64,000 nt of DNA, taken from the NCBI RefSeq assembly GCF_022846255.1, contig NZ_AP025682.1; one strand, 5' to 3'. Under the pieces are notes generated by a model, which ran no database searches, was not told where the DNA came from, and saw nothing but the letters and a program-made list of their open reading frames with translations. Both the position numbers and the translations under genes were made by a program. The DNA is from Escherichia coli (GTDB lineage Bacteria > Pseudomonadota > Gammaproteobacteria > Enterobacterales > Enterobacteriaceae). Below, in pieces: positions 9,678 to 18,065 of the stretch; the first letter of the stretch is position 1; the number at the start of each line of letters is the position of its first letter.

Positions 9678-9863
9678 TTATGCCGCTTTGCGATAAGCAC
9701 TTTCTTGATACTTCAGGGCGCCAGCTGTAACGACTTCCAGTCGATAGGCGTCTTTCTCTGGGATGACTTCCTTCCACTGAGAGACTGCTGCATCGCTAAT
9801 GCCTAACGCTTTAGCTACCGCACGCTGGGTTCCGAAGTGGTCGATAACATCTTTCTTGTACAT
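9678..9863 (-). CDS. cro: Cro (P22 type)
   Basis: 61 aa, MYKKDVIDHFGTQRAVAKALGISDAAVSQWKEVIPEKDAYRLE... Confidence 0.9.
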   Translation of the reverse strand: MYKKDVIDHFGTQRAVAKALGISDAAVSQWKEVIPEKDAYRLEVVTAGALKYQESAYRKAA

Positions 9864-9943
9864 AGACTCGCTCCGAAATTAAAGAATACTTAAATTATCT
9901 ATCAAAGGAATCTTAAGTCAAGTTTATTTAAGATGTCTTAACT
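9864..9943. promoter_or_regulatory. OR operator region with divergent promoters
   Basis: 18-bp sites fitting the P22-type pattern ANTNAAGNNNNCTTNANT at 9878-9895 and 9926-9943, half-fit at 9901-9918. Confidence 0.65.
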
Positions 9944-10594
9944 ATGAATACACAACTGATGGGTGAGCGTATTCGCGCTCGCAGAAAAGAACTTAAGATT
10001 AGGCAGGCTGCCCTTGGCAAGATGGTTGGCGTGTCTAATGTTGCTATTTCCCAATGGGAGCGTTCTGAAACTGAGCCCAATGGCGAAAACCTATTGGCTT
10101 TAGCCAAGGCTTTACAGTGCTCCCCTGATTACTTGTTGAAAGGAGAAGATAGTCTTTCAAACATTGCCTATCACAGCAGGCATGATCCAAGAGGTTCGTA
10201 TCCTCTAATTAGTTGGGTAAGCGCAGGATGTTGGATGGAAGCTGTAGAGCCATATCATAAGCGTGCAATAGATAACTGGTACGATACAACCGTAGATTGT
10301 TCAGAAGATTCGTTTTGGCTGGACGTAAAGGGTGATTCGATGACGGCTCCAGCCGGTCTTAGCATCCCGGAAGGGATGATAATACTAGTCGATCCTGAAG
10401 TAGAACCTCGTAATGGGAAGCTGGTAGTGGCAAAGCTCGAAGGAGAAAACGAGGCAACTTTCAAGAAGTTAGTTATTGATGCTGGCAGAAGGTTTCTAAA
10501 ACCACTTAACCCACAATATCCGATGATTGAGATCAACGGGAACTGCAAAATCATCGGTGTAGTTGTCGATGCAAAAATAGCAAACCTTCCATAA
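9944..10594 (+). CDS. c2: Prophage repressor, P22 C2 type
   Basis: 216 aa, MNTQLMGERIRARRKELKIRQAALGKMVGVSNVAISQWERSE...; N-terminal HTH and C-terminal LexA/S24-like domain. Confidence 0.95.
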   Translation: MNTQLMGERIRARRKELKIRQAALGKMVGVSNVAISQWERSETEPNGENLLALAKALQCSPDYLLKGEDSLSNIAYHSRHDPRGSYPLISWVSAGCWMEAVEPYHKRAIDNWYDTTVDCSEDSFWLDVKGDSMTAPAGLSIPEGMIILVDPEVEPRNGKLVVAKLEGENEATFKKLVIDAGRRFLKPLNPQYPMIEINGNCKIIGVVVDAKIANLP

Positions 10595-10649
10595 GGGGCA
10601 TTCGCCCCTTTTTTTCTTTCCTTTAAAAATCAAAGCAAAACTTAAACTT

Positions 10650-10715
10650 CGCAATAAAATTTAAGTTTTCTTCAAAAACGCCCTTGACCAACAATTAAAG
10701 AAATCTTAAATTTAA
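10650..10715 (+). promoter_or_regulatory. pL promoter with OL operators
   Basis: TTGACC (10684-10689), 17-bp spacer, TAAATT; operator ATTAAAGAAATCTTAAAT (10694-10711) overlaps it. Confidence 0.6.
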
Positions 10716-10756
10716 GTCATCAGCAGGACGCTGGTAGCCAAACGGAACAGATTGGC

Positions 10757-10797
10757 AGGCTCTTTAACATTGATGGGATTGTCCCGCCGAAATGCGG
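10757..10797 (+). promoter_or_regulatory. nutL (boxA + boxB)
   Basis: GCTCTTTAACA then hairpin CCCGCCGAAATGCGGG, identical to the nutR elements. Confidence 0.6.
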
Positions 10798-10906
10798 GAA
10801 CCAAAGAGTAGTTGGCTTTGGGGTGACGTGAAGTGCAGCTGCACGACGGCAACCGGAAGATAAGCACCCGGCGCGTCACCGCCAAAGTCAATCATCGGAG
10901 GTCAAC

Positions 10907-11179
10907 ATGGCAGTAGTCATTACATATCTGGCTGACGATAACGCCAGAAATCGCCGCAGAGCACGCAGACAGGCTCAACGTGAGCAGGCAATGCAAGAAC
11001 AGCGACTGGCGCGAAAAATTGCGCTAAAGCTCTCTGGTTGCGTCAGAGCAGACAAAGCAGCATCACTCGGAAGCCTTCGCTGCAAGAAGGCAGATGAATG
11101 CAGTGGAAGTATTTGCCTGCCAAACGTAGCCATTTACGCGGCAGGCTACCGGAAATCAAAACAACTGACGGCGAGATGA
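10907..11179 (+). CDS. N: N-family antiterminator with arginine-rich motif
   Basis: 90 aa, ...DDNARNRRRARRQAQREQ... just downstream of nutL; segments resemble phage 21 N and P22 gp24 as recalled. Confidence 0.65.
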   Translation: MAVVITYLADDNARNRRRARRQAQREQAMQEQRLARKIALKLSGCVRADKAASLGSLRCKKADECSGSICLPNVAIYAAGYRKSKQLTAR

Positions 11180-11195
11180 TAAATTCATTTGCTAA

Positions 11196-11777
11196 TTACT
11201 TGTTTTTGCCATGCTTATCCTGAGCGATAAGTTCATCCATAAGGCTGTCTGCCTTCCCGGCAAACCTAATGTAGCACTCATGCCTATAGCTTTCAGGGAT
11301 AACGAAACGGTCGGTATCAGGATATCCAACAGCAGGAGGCCTTCGAACGAGGAGTCCTTTTTTGAGCAATGAAATTGATTCATGAGCTCCCTTTTCCGTT
11401 TGTAGCTGGTTATTAGCGGCTACAGCGAATGCCAAATACGCTCTTTCTCCAAGAGTTAATGAATCAAACAAATCTTGCACATATTTTTCTTCTTTAGATT
11501 TGCGCTTCTGAGCAGCGGATACCTCAATTCTTTCAGTCACAGCGTGATAAGCGGAATTAACAACGCCGTTAAGCACATAGCTAACGCAAAACAACAGGAT
11601 GTAATACATCCAGTAATGAGGAAGGATTTCTGGATTATGCAGGTTTATCCATTCTTTTACGCTTACCGGCATAACAATAATCAATATGATCAGGATGATT
11701 AGCATATGAATCAACTGTTTAAGTGTCATTCCTTGCAGGAAAAAATGCATTAGTTCCTGCCACCATGAGTTGTTCAT
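11196..11777 (-). CDS. sieB: Superinfection exclusion protein SieB
   Basis: 193 aa, hydrophobic N-terminal half, matches lambda SieB as recalled. Confidence 0.9.
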   Translation of the reverse strand: MNNSWWQELMHFFLQGMTLKQLIHMLIILIILIIVMPVSVKEWINLHNPEILPHYWMYYILLFCVSYVLNGVVNSAYHAVTERIEVSAAQKRKSKEEKYVQDLFDSLTLGERAYLAFAVAANNQLQTEKGAHESISLLKKGLLVRRPPAVGYPDTDRFVIPESYRHECYIRFAGKADSLMDELIAQDKHGKNK

Positions 11778-11990
11778 CGGCGTTTCTCTTTTGCTCTCTG
11801 TAGGGGTGAATAGAGTTTATCCGATTTCTCGCTGTAGGGGTACATGAGAACCACCGAGCCTGATGTGGTTAAAAGACAGGCACAATCTTTACTACCGCAA
11901 TCCACTATTTAAGGTGATATATGGAAGAAGAATTTGAAGAGTTCGAAGAGCATCCTCAGGATGTGATGGAACAATACCAGGACTATCCGT

Positions 11991-12170
11991 ATGACTACGA
12001 CTATTGATACAAATCAATGGTGTGGACAATTCAAACGATGCAATGGATGCAAGCTGCAATCGGAATGCATGGTTAAGCCTGAAGAAATGTTTCCTGTAAT
12101 GGAAGATGGGAAATATGTCGATAAATGGGCAATACGAACGACGGCAATGATTGCCAGAGAACTTGGTTAA
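11991..12170 (+). CDS. ral: Ral (restriction alleviation)
   Basis: Manual translation MTTTIDTNQWCGQFKRCNGCKLQSECMVKPEEMFPVMEDGKYVDKWAIRTTAMIARELG. Confidence 0.7.
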   Translation: MTTTIDTNQWCGQFKRCNGCKLQSECMVKPEEMFPVMEDGKYVDKWAIRTTAMIARELG

Positions 12171-12373
12171 CAGAACAACAAAGCTGCCTGATAGTGGCCT
12201 TTATTTTTGGCATAAATAACAGAATAAACACTGCACCGTGTATTCATTCCAACGAGTGAATACACGGAGCAATGTCGCTCGTAACTAAACAGGAGCCGAT
12301 TTGTTCTGATTATTGGAAATCTTCTTTGCCCTCCAGTGTGAGGGCGATTTTTTATCTATGAGGATATGAATAG

Positions 12374-12742
12374 GTGTCAAACATCAAAAAATACATCATT
12401 GATTACGACTGGAAAGCATCAATTGAAATTGAAATCGACCATGACGTAATGACAGAGGAAAAACTTCACCAGATTAATAATTTCTGGTCAGACTCTGAAT
12501 ACCGACTCAATAAACACGGCTCTGTATTAAATGCTGTATTAATCATGCTGGCGCAACATGCTCTGCTTATAGCAATTTCAAGCGACTTAAATGCATATGG
12601 TGTTGTGTGTGAGTTCGACTGGAATGATGGAAATGGTCAGGAAGGATGGCCTCCAATGGATGGTAGCGAAGGAATAAGAATTACCGATATCGATACATCA
12701 GGAATATTTGATTCAGATGATATGACTATCAAGGCCGCCTGA
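12374..12742 (+). CDS. ea10: Ea10 (ssDNA-binding protein)
   Basis: 122 aa, MSNIKKYIIDYDWKASIEIEIDHDVMTEEKLHQ... Confidence 0.85.
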   Translation: MSNIKKYIIDYDWKASIEIEIDHDVMTEEKLHQINNFWSDSEYRLNKHGSVLNAVLIMLAQHALLIAISSDLNAYGVVCEFDWNDGNGQEGWPPMDGSEGIRITDIDTSGIFDSDDMTIKAA

Positions 12743-12814
12743 GTGCGGCTTTACCGCATACCAATAACGCTTCACTCGAGGCGTTTTTCGTTATGTATAA
12801 ATAAGGAGCACACC

Positions 12815-12979
12815 ATGCAATATGCCATTGCAGGGTGGCCTGTTGCTGGCTGCCCTTCCGAATCTTTACTTGAACGAATCACCCGTAAATTACGTGACGG
12901 ATGGAAACGCCTTATCGACATACTTAATCAGCCAGGAGTCCCCAAAAATGGATCAAACACTTATGGCTATCCAGACTAA
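12815..12979 (+). CDS. cIII: CIII (FtsH inhibitor)
   Basis: Internal Met of ORF 12743..12979: MQYAIAGWPVAGCPSESLLERITRKLRDGWKRLIDILNQPGVP... Confidence 0.85.
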   Translation: MQYAIAGWPVAGCPSESLLERITRKLRDGWKRLIDILNQPGVPKNGSNTYGYPD

Positions 12980-13091
12980 ATTCACTATCGCCACTTTTAT
13001 TGGCGATGAAAAGATGTTTCGTGAGGCCGTCGACGCTTATAAAAAATGGATATTAATACTGAAACTGAGATCAAGCAAAAGCATTCACTAA
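12948..13091 (+). CDS. kil: Kil
   Basis: [47 protein letters not shown] at the end of ORF 12822..13091. Confidence 0.8.
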   Translation: MDQTLMAIQTKFTIATFIGDEKMFREAVDAYKKWILILKLRSSKSIH

Positions 13092-13462
13092 CCCCCTTTC
13101 CTGTTTTCCTAATCAGCCCGGCATTTCGCGGGCGATATTTTCACAGCTATTTCAGGAGTTCAGCCATGAACGCTTATTACATTCAGGATCGTCTTGAGGC
13201 TCAGAGCTGGACGCGTCACTACCAGCAGATCGCCCGTGAAGAGAAAGAGGCAGAACTGGCAGACGACATGGAAAAAGGCCTGCCCCAGCACCTGTTTGAA
13301 TCGCTATGCATCGATCATTTGCAACGCCACGGGGCCAGCAAAAAAGCCATTACCCGTGCGTTCGATGACGATGTTGAGTTTCAGGAGCGCATGGCAGAAC
13401 ACATCCGGTACATGGTTGAAACTATTGCCCGCCACCAGGTTGATATTGATTCAGAGGTATAA
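13046..13462 (+). CDS. gam: Gam (RecBCD inhibitor)
   Basis: 138 aa, [35 protein letters not shown]... Confidence 0.95.
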   Translation: MDINTETEIKQKHSLTPFPVFLISPAFRGRYFHSYFRSSAMNAYYIQDRLEAQSWTRHYQQIAREEKEAELADDMEKGLPQHLFESLCIDHLQRHGASKKAITRAFDDDVEFQERMAEHIRYMVETIARHQVDIDSEV

Positions 13463-13467
13463 AACGG

Positions 13468-14253
13468 ATGAGTACAGCACTCGCAACGCTGGCAGGGAAG
13501 CTGGCTGAACGTGTCGGCATGGATTCTGTCGACCCACAGGAACTGATCACCACTCTTCGCCAGACAGCATTTAAAGGCGATGCCAGCGATGCGCAGTTCA
13601 TCGCATTGCTGATCGTCGCCAACCAGTACGGCCTTAATCCGTGGACGAAAGAAATTTACGCCTTCCCTGATAAGCAGAACGGCATCGTTCCGGTGGTGGG
13701 CGTTGATGGCTGGTCCCGTATCATCAATGAAAACCAGCAGTTTGATGGCATGGACTTTGAGCAGGACAATGAATCCTGCACATGCCGGATTTACCGCAAG
13801 GACCGTAATCATCCGATCTGCGTTACCGAGTGGATGGATGAATGCCGCCGCGAACCATTCAAAACCCGCGAAGGCAGAGAAATCACGGGGCCGTGGCAGT
13901 CGCATCCCAAACGGATGTTACGTCATAAAGCCATGATTCAGTGTGCCCGTCTGGCCTTCGGATTTGCTGGTATCTATGACAAGGATGAAGCCGAGCGCAT
14001 TGTCGAAAATACCGCATACACTGTAGAACGTCAGCCGGAACGCGACATCACTCCGGTTAACGATGAAACCATGCAGGAGATTAACACTCTGCTGATCGCC
14101 CTGGATAAAACATGGGATGACGACTTATTGCCGCTCTGTTCCCAGATATTTCGCCGCGACATTCGCGCATCGTCAGAACTGACACAGGCCGAAGCAGTGA
14201 AAGCTCTTGGATTCCTGAAACAGAAAGCCACTGAGCAGAAGGTGGCAGCATGA
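13468..14253 (+). CDS. bet: Bet (Red-beta recombinase)
   Basis: 261 aa, [32 protein letters not shown]... Confidence 0.95.
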   Translation: MSTALATLAGKLAERVGMDSVDPQELITTLRQTAFKGDASDAQFIALLIVANQYGLNPWTKEIYAFPDKQNGIVPVVGVDGWSRIINENQQFDGMDFEQDNESCTCRIYRKDRNHPICVTEWMDECRREPFKTREGREITGPWQSHPKRMLRHKAMIQCARLAFGFAGIYDKDEAERIVENTAYTVERQPERDITPVNDETMQEINTLLIALDKTWDDDLLPLCSQIFRRDIRASSELTQAEAVKALGFLKQKATEQKVAA

Positions 14254-14930
14254 CACCGGACATTATCCTGCAGCGTACCGGGATCGACGTGAGAGCTGTC
14301 GAACAGGGGGATGATGCGTGGCACAAATTACGGCTCGGCGTCATCACCGCTTCAGAAGTTCACAATGTGATAGCAAAACCCCGCACCGGAAAAAAGTGGC
14401 CTGACATGAAAATGTCCTACTTTCACACCCTGCTGGCTGAGATTTGCACCGGTGTGGCTCCGGAAGTTAACGCTAAGGCGCTGGCCTGGGGAAAACAGTA
14501 CGAGAACGACGCCAGAGCCCTGTTTGAGTTTACTTCCGGCGTGAATGTTACTGAATCCCCGATCATCTATCGCGACGAAAGTATGCGCACCGCCTGCTCT
14601 CCCGATGGTTTATGCAGTGACGGCAATGGCCTTGAGCTGAAATGCCCGTTTACCTCCCGGGATTTCATGAAGTTCCGGCTCGGTGGTTTCGAGGCCATAA
14701 AATCGGCTTACATGGCCCAGGTGCAGTACAGCATGTGGGTGACGCGAAAAGATGCCTGGTACTTTGCCAACTATGACCCGCGTATGAAGCGTGAAGGCCT
14801 GCATTATGTCGTGATTGAGCAGAATGAAAAGTACATGGCGAATTTTGACGAGATGGTGCCGGAGTTCATCGAAAAAATGGACGTGGCACTGGCTGAAATT
14901 GGTTTTGTATTTGGGGAGCAATGGCGATGA
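14250..14930 (+). CDS. exo: Exo (Red-alpha exonuclease)
   Basis: 226 aa, [43 protein letters not shown]... Confidence 0.95.
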   Translation: MTPDIILQRTGIDVRAVEQGDDAWHKLRLGVITASEVHNVIAKPRTGKKWPDMKMSYFHTLLAEICTGVAPEVNAKALAWGKQYENDARALFEFTSGVNVTESPIIYRDESMRTACSPDGLCSDGNGLELKCPFTSRDFMKFRLGGFEAIKSAYMAQVQYSMWVTRKDAWYFANYDPRMKREGLHYVVIEQNEKYMANFDEMVPEFIEKMDVALAEIGFVFGEQWR

Positions 14931-15109
14931 AGCATCCTCACGATAATATCCGGGTAGGCGCGATCACTTTCGTCTACTCCGTTACAAAGCGAGGCTGGGT
15001 ATTTCCCGGCCTTTCTGTTATCCGAAATCCCCTGAAAGCACAGCGGCTGGCTGAGGAGATAAATAATAAACGGGGAGCTGTATGCACAAAGCATCTCCCG
15101 TTGAGTTAA
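14921..15109 (+). CDS. Lambda orf60a-like small protein
   Basis: [37 protein letters not shown]... Confidence 0.6.
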   Translation: MAMKHPHDNIRVGAITFVYSVTKRGWVFPGLSVIRNPLKAQRLAEEINNKRGAVCTKHLPLS

Positions 15110-15273
15110 GAACGAGTATCGAGATGGCACATAGCCTCGCTCAAATTGGAGTCAGGTTTGTGCCAATACCAGTAGAAACAGACGAAGAATTTCATACGTT
15201 AGCCGCATCCCTTTCACAAAAGCTGGAAATGATGGTGGCGAAAGCAGAAGCAGATGAGAGAGACCAGGTATGA
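15082..15273 (+). CDS. Lambda orf63-like small protein
   Basis: [38 protein letters not shown]... Confidence 0.6.
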   Translation: MHKASPVELRTSIEMAHSLAQIGVRFVPIPVETDEEFHTLAASLSQKLEMMVAKAEADERDQV

Positions 15274-15349
15274 CAACCACTGAATGCATTTTTCTGGCAG
15301 CGGGCTTCATATTCTGTGTGCTTATGCTTGCCGACATGGGGCTTGTTCA

Positions 15350-15565
15350 GTGACACCTCAGCAAGAAAACGCCCTTCGCAGCATTGCCCGTCAGGCTAAT
15401 TCTGAAATCAAAAAAGCCAGACAGCAGTTTCCGGATAAAAACGTCGATGACATTTGCCGTAGCGTACTGAAGAAGCACCGCGAAACGGTAACGCTGATGG
15501 GATTCACACCGACTCATTTAAGCCTTGCGATCGGCATGTTGAACGGCGTCTTTAAGGAACGGTGA
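15350..15565 (+). CDS. Lambda orf61-like small protein
   Basis: GTG start inside ORF 15284..15565: VTPQQENALRSIARQANSEIKKARQQFPDKNVDDICRSVLKKH... Confidence 0.5.
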   Translation: MTPQQENALRSIARQANSEIKKARQQFPDKNVDDICRSVLKKHRETVTLMGFTPTHLSLAIGMLNGVFKER

Positions 15566-15663
15566 ACATGAAAAGCAAAATCATCAGGGAGCTACAGGCT
15601 CCTTTTTTATTATTCGCATTTACCCTCAAGCGTATTAACCAACAATTCAGGGATTAATGAAAG

Positions 15664-15885
15664 ATGGCGGACATCATTGATTCAGTATCAGAAATTGAAG
15701 AATTACAGCGCAATACAGCAATAAAAATGCGTCGTCTGAACCACCAGACTATATCTGCCACTCATTGTTGTGAGTGTGGCGATCCGATAGATGAACTAAG
15801 ACGTCTGGCCGTTCAGGGTTGTCGGACTTGTGCAAGTTGCCAGGAAGATCTGGAGCTTATCAGTAAACAGAGAGGTTCGAAGTGA
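15664..15885 (+). CDS. TraR/DksA-family C4 zinc-finger protein
   Basis: 73 aa with CCECGDPIDELRR...CRTCASC four-Cys motif. Confidence 0.6.
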   Translation: MADIIDSVSEIEELQRNTAIKMRRLNHQTISATHCCECGDPIDELRRLAVQGCRTCASCQEDLELISKQRGSK

Positions 15886-16091
15886 GCGAAATTAACTCTC
15901 AGGCACTGCGTGAAGCGGCGGAACGTGCAATTCCAGCAATGGAACGCCTGTTAATGTTGCCAGCTGATGATGATTTGTTAAGTGAACAGGAACTTAAAGA
16001 TTACGGTGTGGATATTGATGCGCTCAACGCCTTCAAATTTCTGGCCGGACCAGAAACCGTGCTGGCACTGCGCCGTCAGGAAGTTTTTTAG
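15882..16091 (+). CDS. Hypothetical acidic protein, last gene of the pL operon
   Basis: 69 aa, GTG start overlapping the TraR-like stop, so likely translationally coupled. Confidence 0.5.
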   Translation: MSEINSQALREAAERAIPAMERLLMLPADDDLLSEQELKDYGVDIDALNAFKFLAGPETVLALRRQEVF

Positions 16092-16120
16092 TACGATCAA
16101 TGGTTAACTCAACTCTCATG
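16034..16120 (-). CDS. Candidate 28-aa ORF downstream of the LexA-box promoter
   Basis: Strong SD GAGGAGGG 5 nt before ATG; MRVELTIDRTKKLPDGAVPARFLVRPEI; antisense to the 3' end of gene 15882..16091. Confidence 0.25.
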
Positions 16121-16138
16121 ATTCCCTCCTCATTGATT

Positions 16139-16189
16139 TACTGTGTGAATATACAGTTACTTTATAAACCTCTCATTTGGATTTTGCAA
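16139..16189 (-). promoter_or_regulatory. Putative LexA-repressed promoter
   Basis: Minus strand TTGCAA, 17-bp spacer, TATAAA, then TACTGTGTGAATATACAGTT on + (CTGT-N8-ACAG) covering the predicted start site. Confidence 0.5.
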
Positions 16190-16223
16190 TGTTTTAAGGG
16201 CACGAATTGCGAATAACCCTATA

Positions 16224-16256
16224 CAAAAAAACCCGCCGAAGCGGGTCTTATCTTTC
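16224..16256. terminator. Bidirectional intrinsic terminator
   Basis: AAAAAAA-CCCGC-CGAA-GCGGG-TCTTATCTTTC; strong U-tract for minus-strand transcripts, weaker for the plus-strand pL operon. Confidence 0.6.
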
Positions 16257-16257
16257 A

Positions 16258-16431
16258 TTAATGCTTAGTCCTTACAGGAAAAGACCAGCATTTATATCCG
16301 TATGCGTGTGCATCCAAAACTCGGCGCTCTGAGTCAGGCGTCCCAGCTTTAGCTCGCGCCCTGCGATAACGACATTTTACCCAGCGGAAACCATCCGGAA
16401 GTTTTTTGGTAGGAATTTCTTTCAAAGCCAT
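16258..16431 (-). CDS. Candidate 58-aa basic ORF
   Basis: ATG with GAGG 7 nt upstream; MALKEIPTKKLPDGFRWVKCRYRRARAKAG...; below the ORF-track size cutoff. Confidence 0.2.
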   Translation of the reverse strand: MALKEIPTKKLPDGFRWVKCRYRRARAKAGTPDSERRVLDAHAYGYKCWSFPVRTKH

Positions 16432-16580
16432 AAATAAACCTCGTTCCAGGCGAGCACTTCCCTGAAACTTGATAAAAATATGGGGATCCGCTAATGTACT
16501 GTTGTTGACGCAGTACTGATTGCGGGTGCTCTAACATCCCCAATCCGAGCCCTTCCCCGGCAAAGGAAGGGCTCAAATTC

Positions 16581-17111
16581 TTATGAAGGCTTCACATACG
16601 CCTTCAAAATCGACATAATACGCTCAGCTTCTTCCATCGTGATGTTGGTAGGCAACCCCTGAACTGTAATCATTGCCCCTGTTTCAGGTCGAACAACGAT
16701 CGGTAAATTGAAAGTCTGCACTTTCTCATGTCTTGCAGCTTTAGCTTTCTCCATCTTCTGCTCCACCGCATCAAACCCATCTAAATTTCCTTCGGTGTCT
16801 GCCAAGTTGACTAAAGTCCCCACTCGCGTGTACTCCTCAAACTTATTGACAGCACTTTTAAACCGGCTTCGATAATTATGAATGGTGGATTCACTGGGCT
16901 TGTTTGCCTGAGTTTCAGCATAACGAGTAATGAGGTCTTCAACGTTCAGGTCGCGCACATCATCGTTGTCACTCGTGTCGACCACAGATAACAGCAGCAA
17001 CGCAGAATTTTTTAAGTTGCGAGCTGTTGCTTCGTTGATCAGCCCCAAGTTAGGCAACTTCATAAGAAAATCGAAGAATGCTTGCGTTGAGTAATTATCG
17101 TTCATAAGCAT
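16581..17111 (-). CDS. Hypothetical protein, 176 aa, no recognisable family
   Basis: ORF track; ATG start; hairpin GAGCCCTTCC...GGAAGGGCTC just after the stop. Confidence 0.6.
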   Translation of the reverse strand: MLMNDNYSTQAFFDFLMKLPNLGLINEATARNLKNSALLLLSVVDTSDNDDVRDLNVEDLITRYAETQANKPSESTIHNYRSRFKSAVNKFEEYTRVGTLVNLADTEGNLDGFDAVEQKMEKAKAARHEKVQTFNLPIVVRPETGAMITVQGLPTNITMEEAERIMSILKAYVKPS

Positions 17112-17156
17112 CTCTCATTGTTATCCATAGGTGTAGTGTAGATTCAGAGGTTTTAC

Positions 17157-17196
17157 CGATCAATGTTTTTTTTATCGATCGATCAATCTTTTTTTA
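17157..17196 (-). promoter_or_regulatory. GATC-clustered direct repeats in the leader of the 176-aa gene
   Basis: Three GATC within 27 bp; two copies of CGATCAAT each followed by a T-run, 45-85 bp upstream of the start codon. Confidence 0.35.
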
Positions 17197-17337
17197 AATC
17201 TAACCAATCCCACCCACTTAAAAACACTCAACAACATTTCACCCCCTCAGAAACAAAATAAAATAAACTATATAAAACAACAAAATACACAGATCTATAA
17301 AACAGACAACCGCCCCCGCCTCCCCCACCCCATACTG
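17186..17337 (-). repeat. Strand-asymmetric tract: G-depleted on +, G-rich on -
   Basis: About 6 G in ~150 nt on +; minus strand has GGGGTGGGGGAGGCGGGGGCGG (17310-17331) and further G-runs. Confidence 0.45.
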
Positions 17338-17407
17338 AATTTAGATACAGCCTTAGTTAATCAACCTTCGTTCACCAGAGCAGCACATATGCCTTCGGAC
17401 TTTTTAG

Positions 17408-17995
17408 TTAAGCCACAAATGGCAGTTTGCACAGTTCTGGTAGATTTGCCCTTACCAGAGCCTCCGCGAATTGTGGAGGTACGGCATTTCCGCATCTGGC
17501 GACCTGTTTATCCTTCGCATACTTCACGCCACGATAATCTTGGTCGATGATGTACCAGTCCGGGAAGCCCTGCGCCCGGTACAGTTCACGCGGCTGTAAC
17601 ATGCGCATACCAATATCAACAATGCGATACGTCACGCCATCGATCACCACCAGCCCGGTACAATCCTCGCCACAGTATTTACGCAGGAACGACAGCGTTT
17701 GTTGCGCGCGTTCTTCGTCGTACTCATCTACGGCAAGATGGGTTTCAACGTTCCCTACATGCAGGCCACCAGCCGTGACAGTCGGCATTGGCGCGTCGGT
17801 GCGTTGTCCATCCCGGCAGGTTCCGCGCAATTTAACCAGGTGAGAAGCAACCACAGCATGGTGATCGACGGTGGTCACAGAATGCATCGGCTCATCCATC
17901 CCCACTTCGGCAATAAACCGGTAAAGGTGTTCGCGATAAAGGTGAATATCAATGACTAAATCAGCAGCAGAAAGCAAAAGAATTTTTAGGTACAA
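17408..17995 (-). pseudogene. Remnant of a DNA cytosine-C5 methyltransferase (C-terminal part only)
   Basis: Motif IX-like RMLQPRELYRAQGFPDWY and motif X-like ARCGNAVPP present; no FxGxGG or PCQ motifs; ORF opens only with TTG. Confidence 0.6.
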
Positions 17996-18065
17996 TCAAA
18001 ATCACTTTTTGTTGTTAACTATTTGATGAACTACAAGGATAAGATCATGTATCAGCAAATCATTT

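Noticed and set aside
15270-15353. 27-codon hydrophobic ORF (MTTTECIFLAAGFIFCVLMLADMGLVQ) between the orf63-like and orf61-like genes
   Set aside because: A possible small membrane peptide, but it is very short, overlaps the orf61-like start, and has no independent support. Noted only.
16349-16576. 75-aa minus-strand ORF downstream of the 176-aa gene
   Set aside because: Low-complexity translation, no ribosome-binding site, and it overlaps the better-supported 58-codon ORF in another frame.
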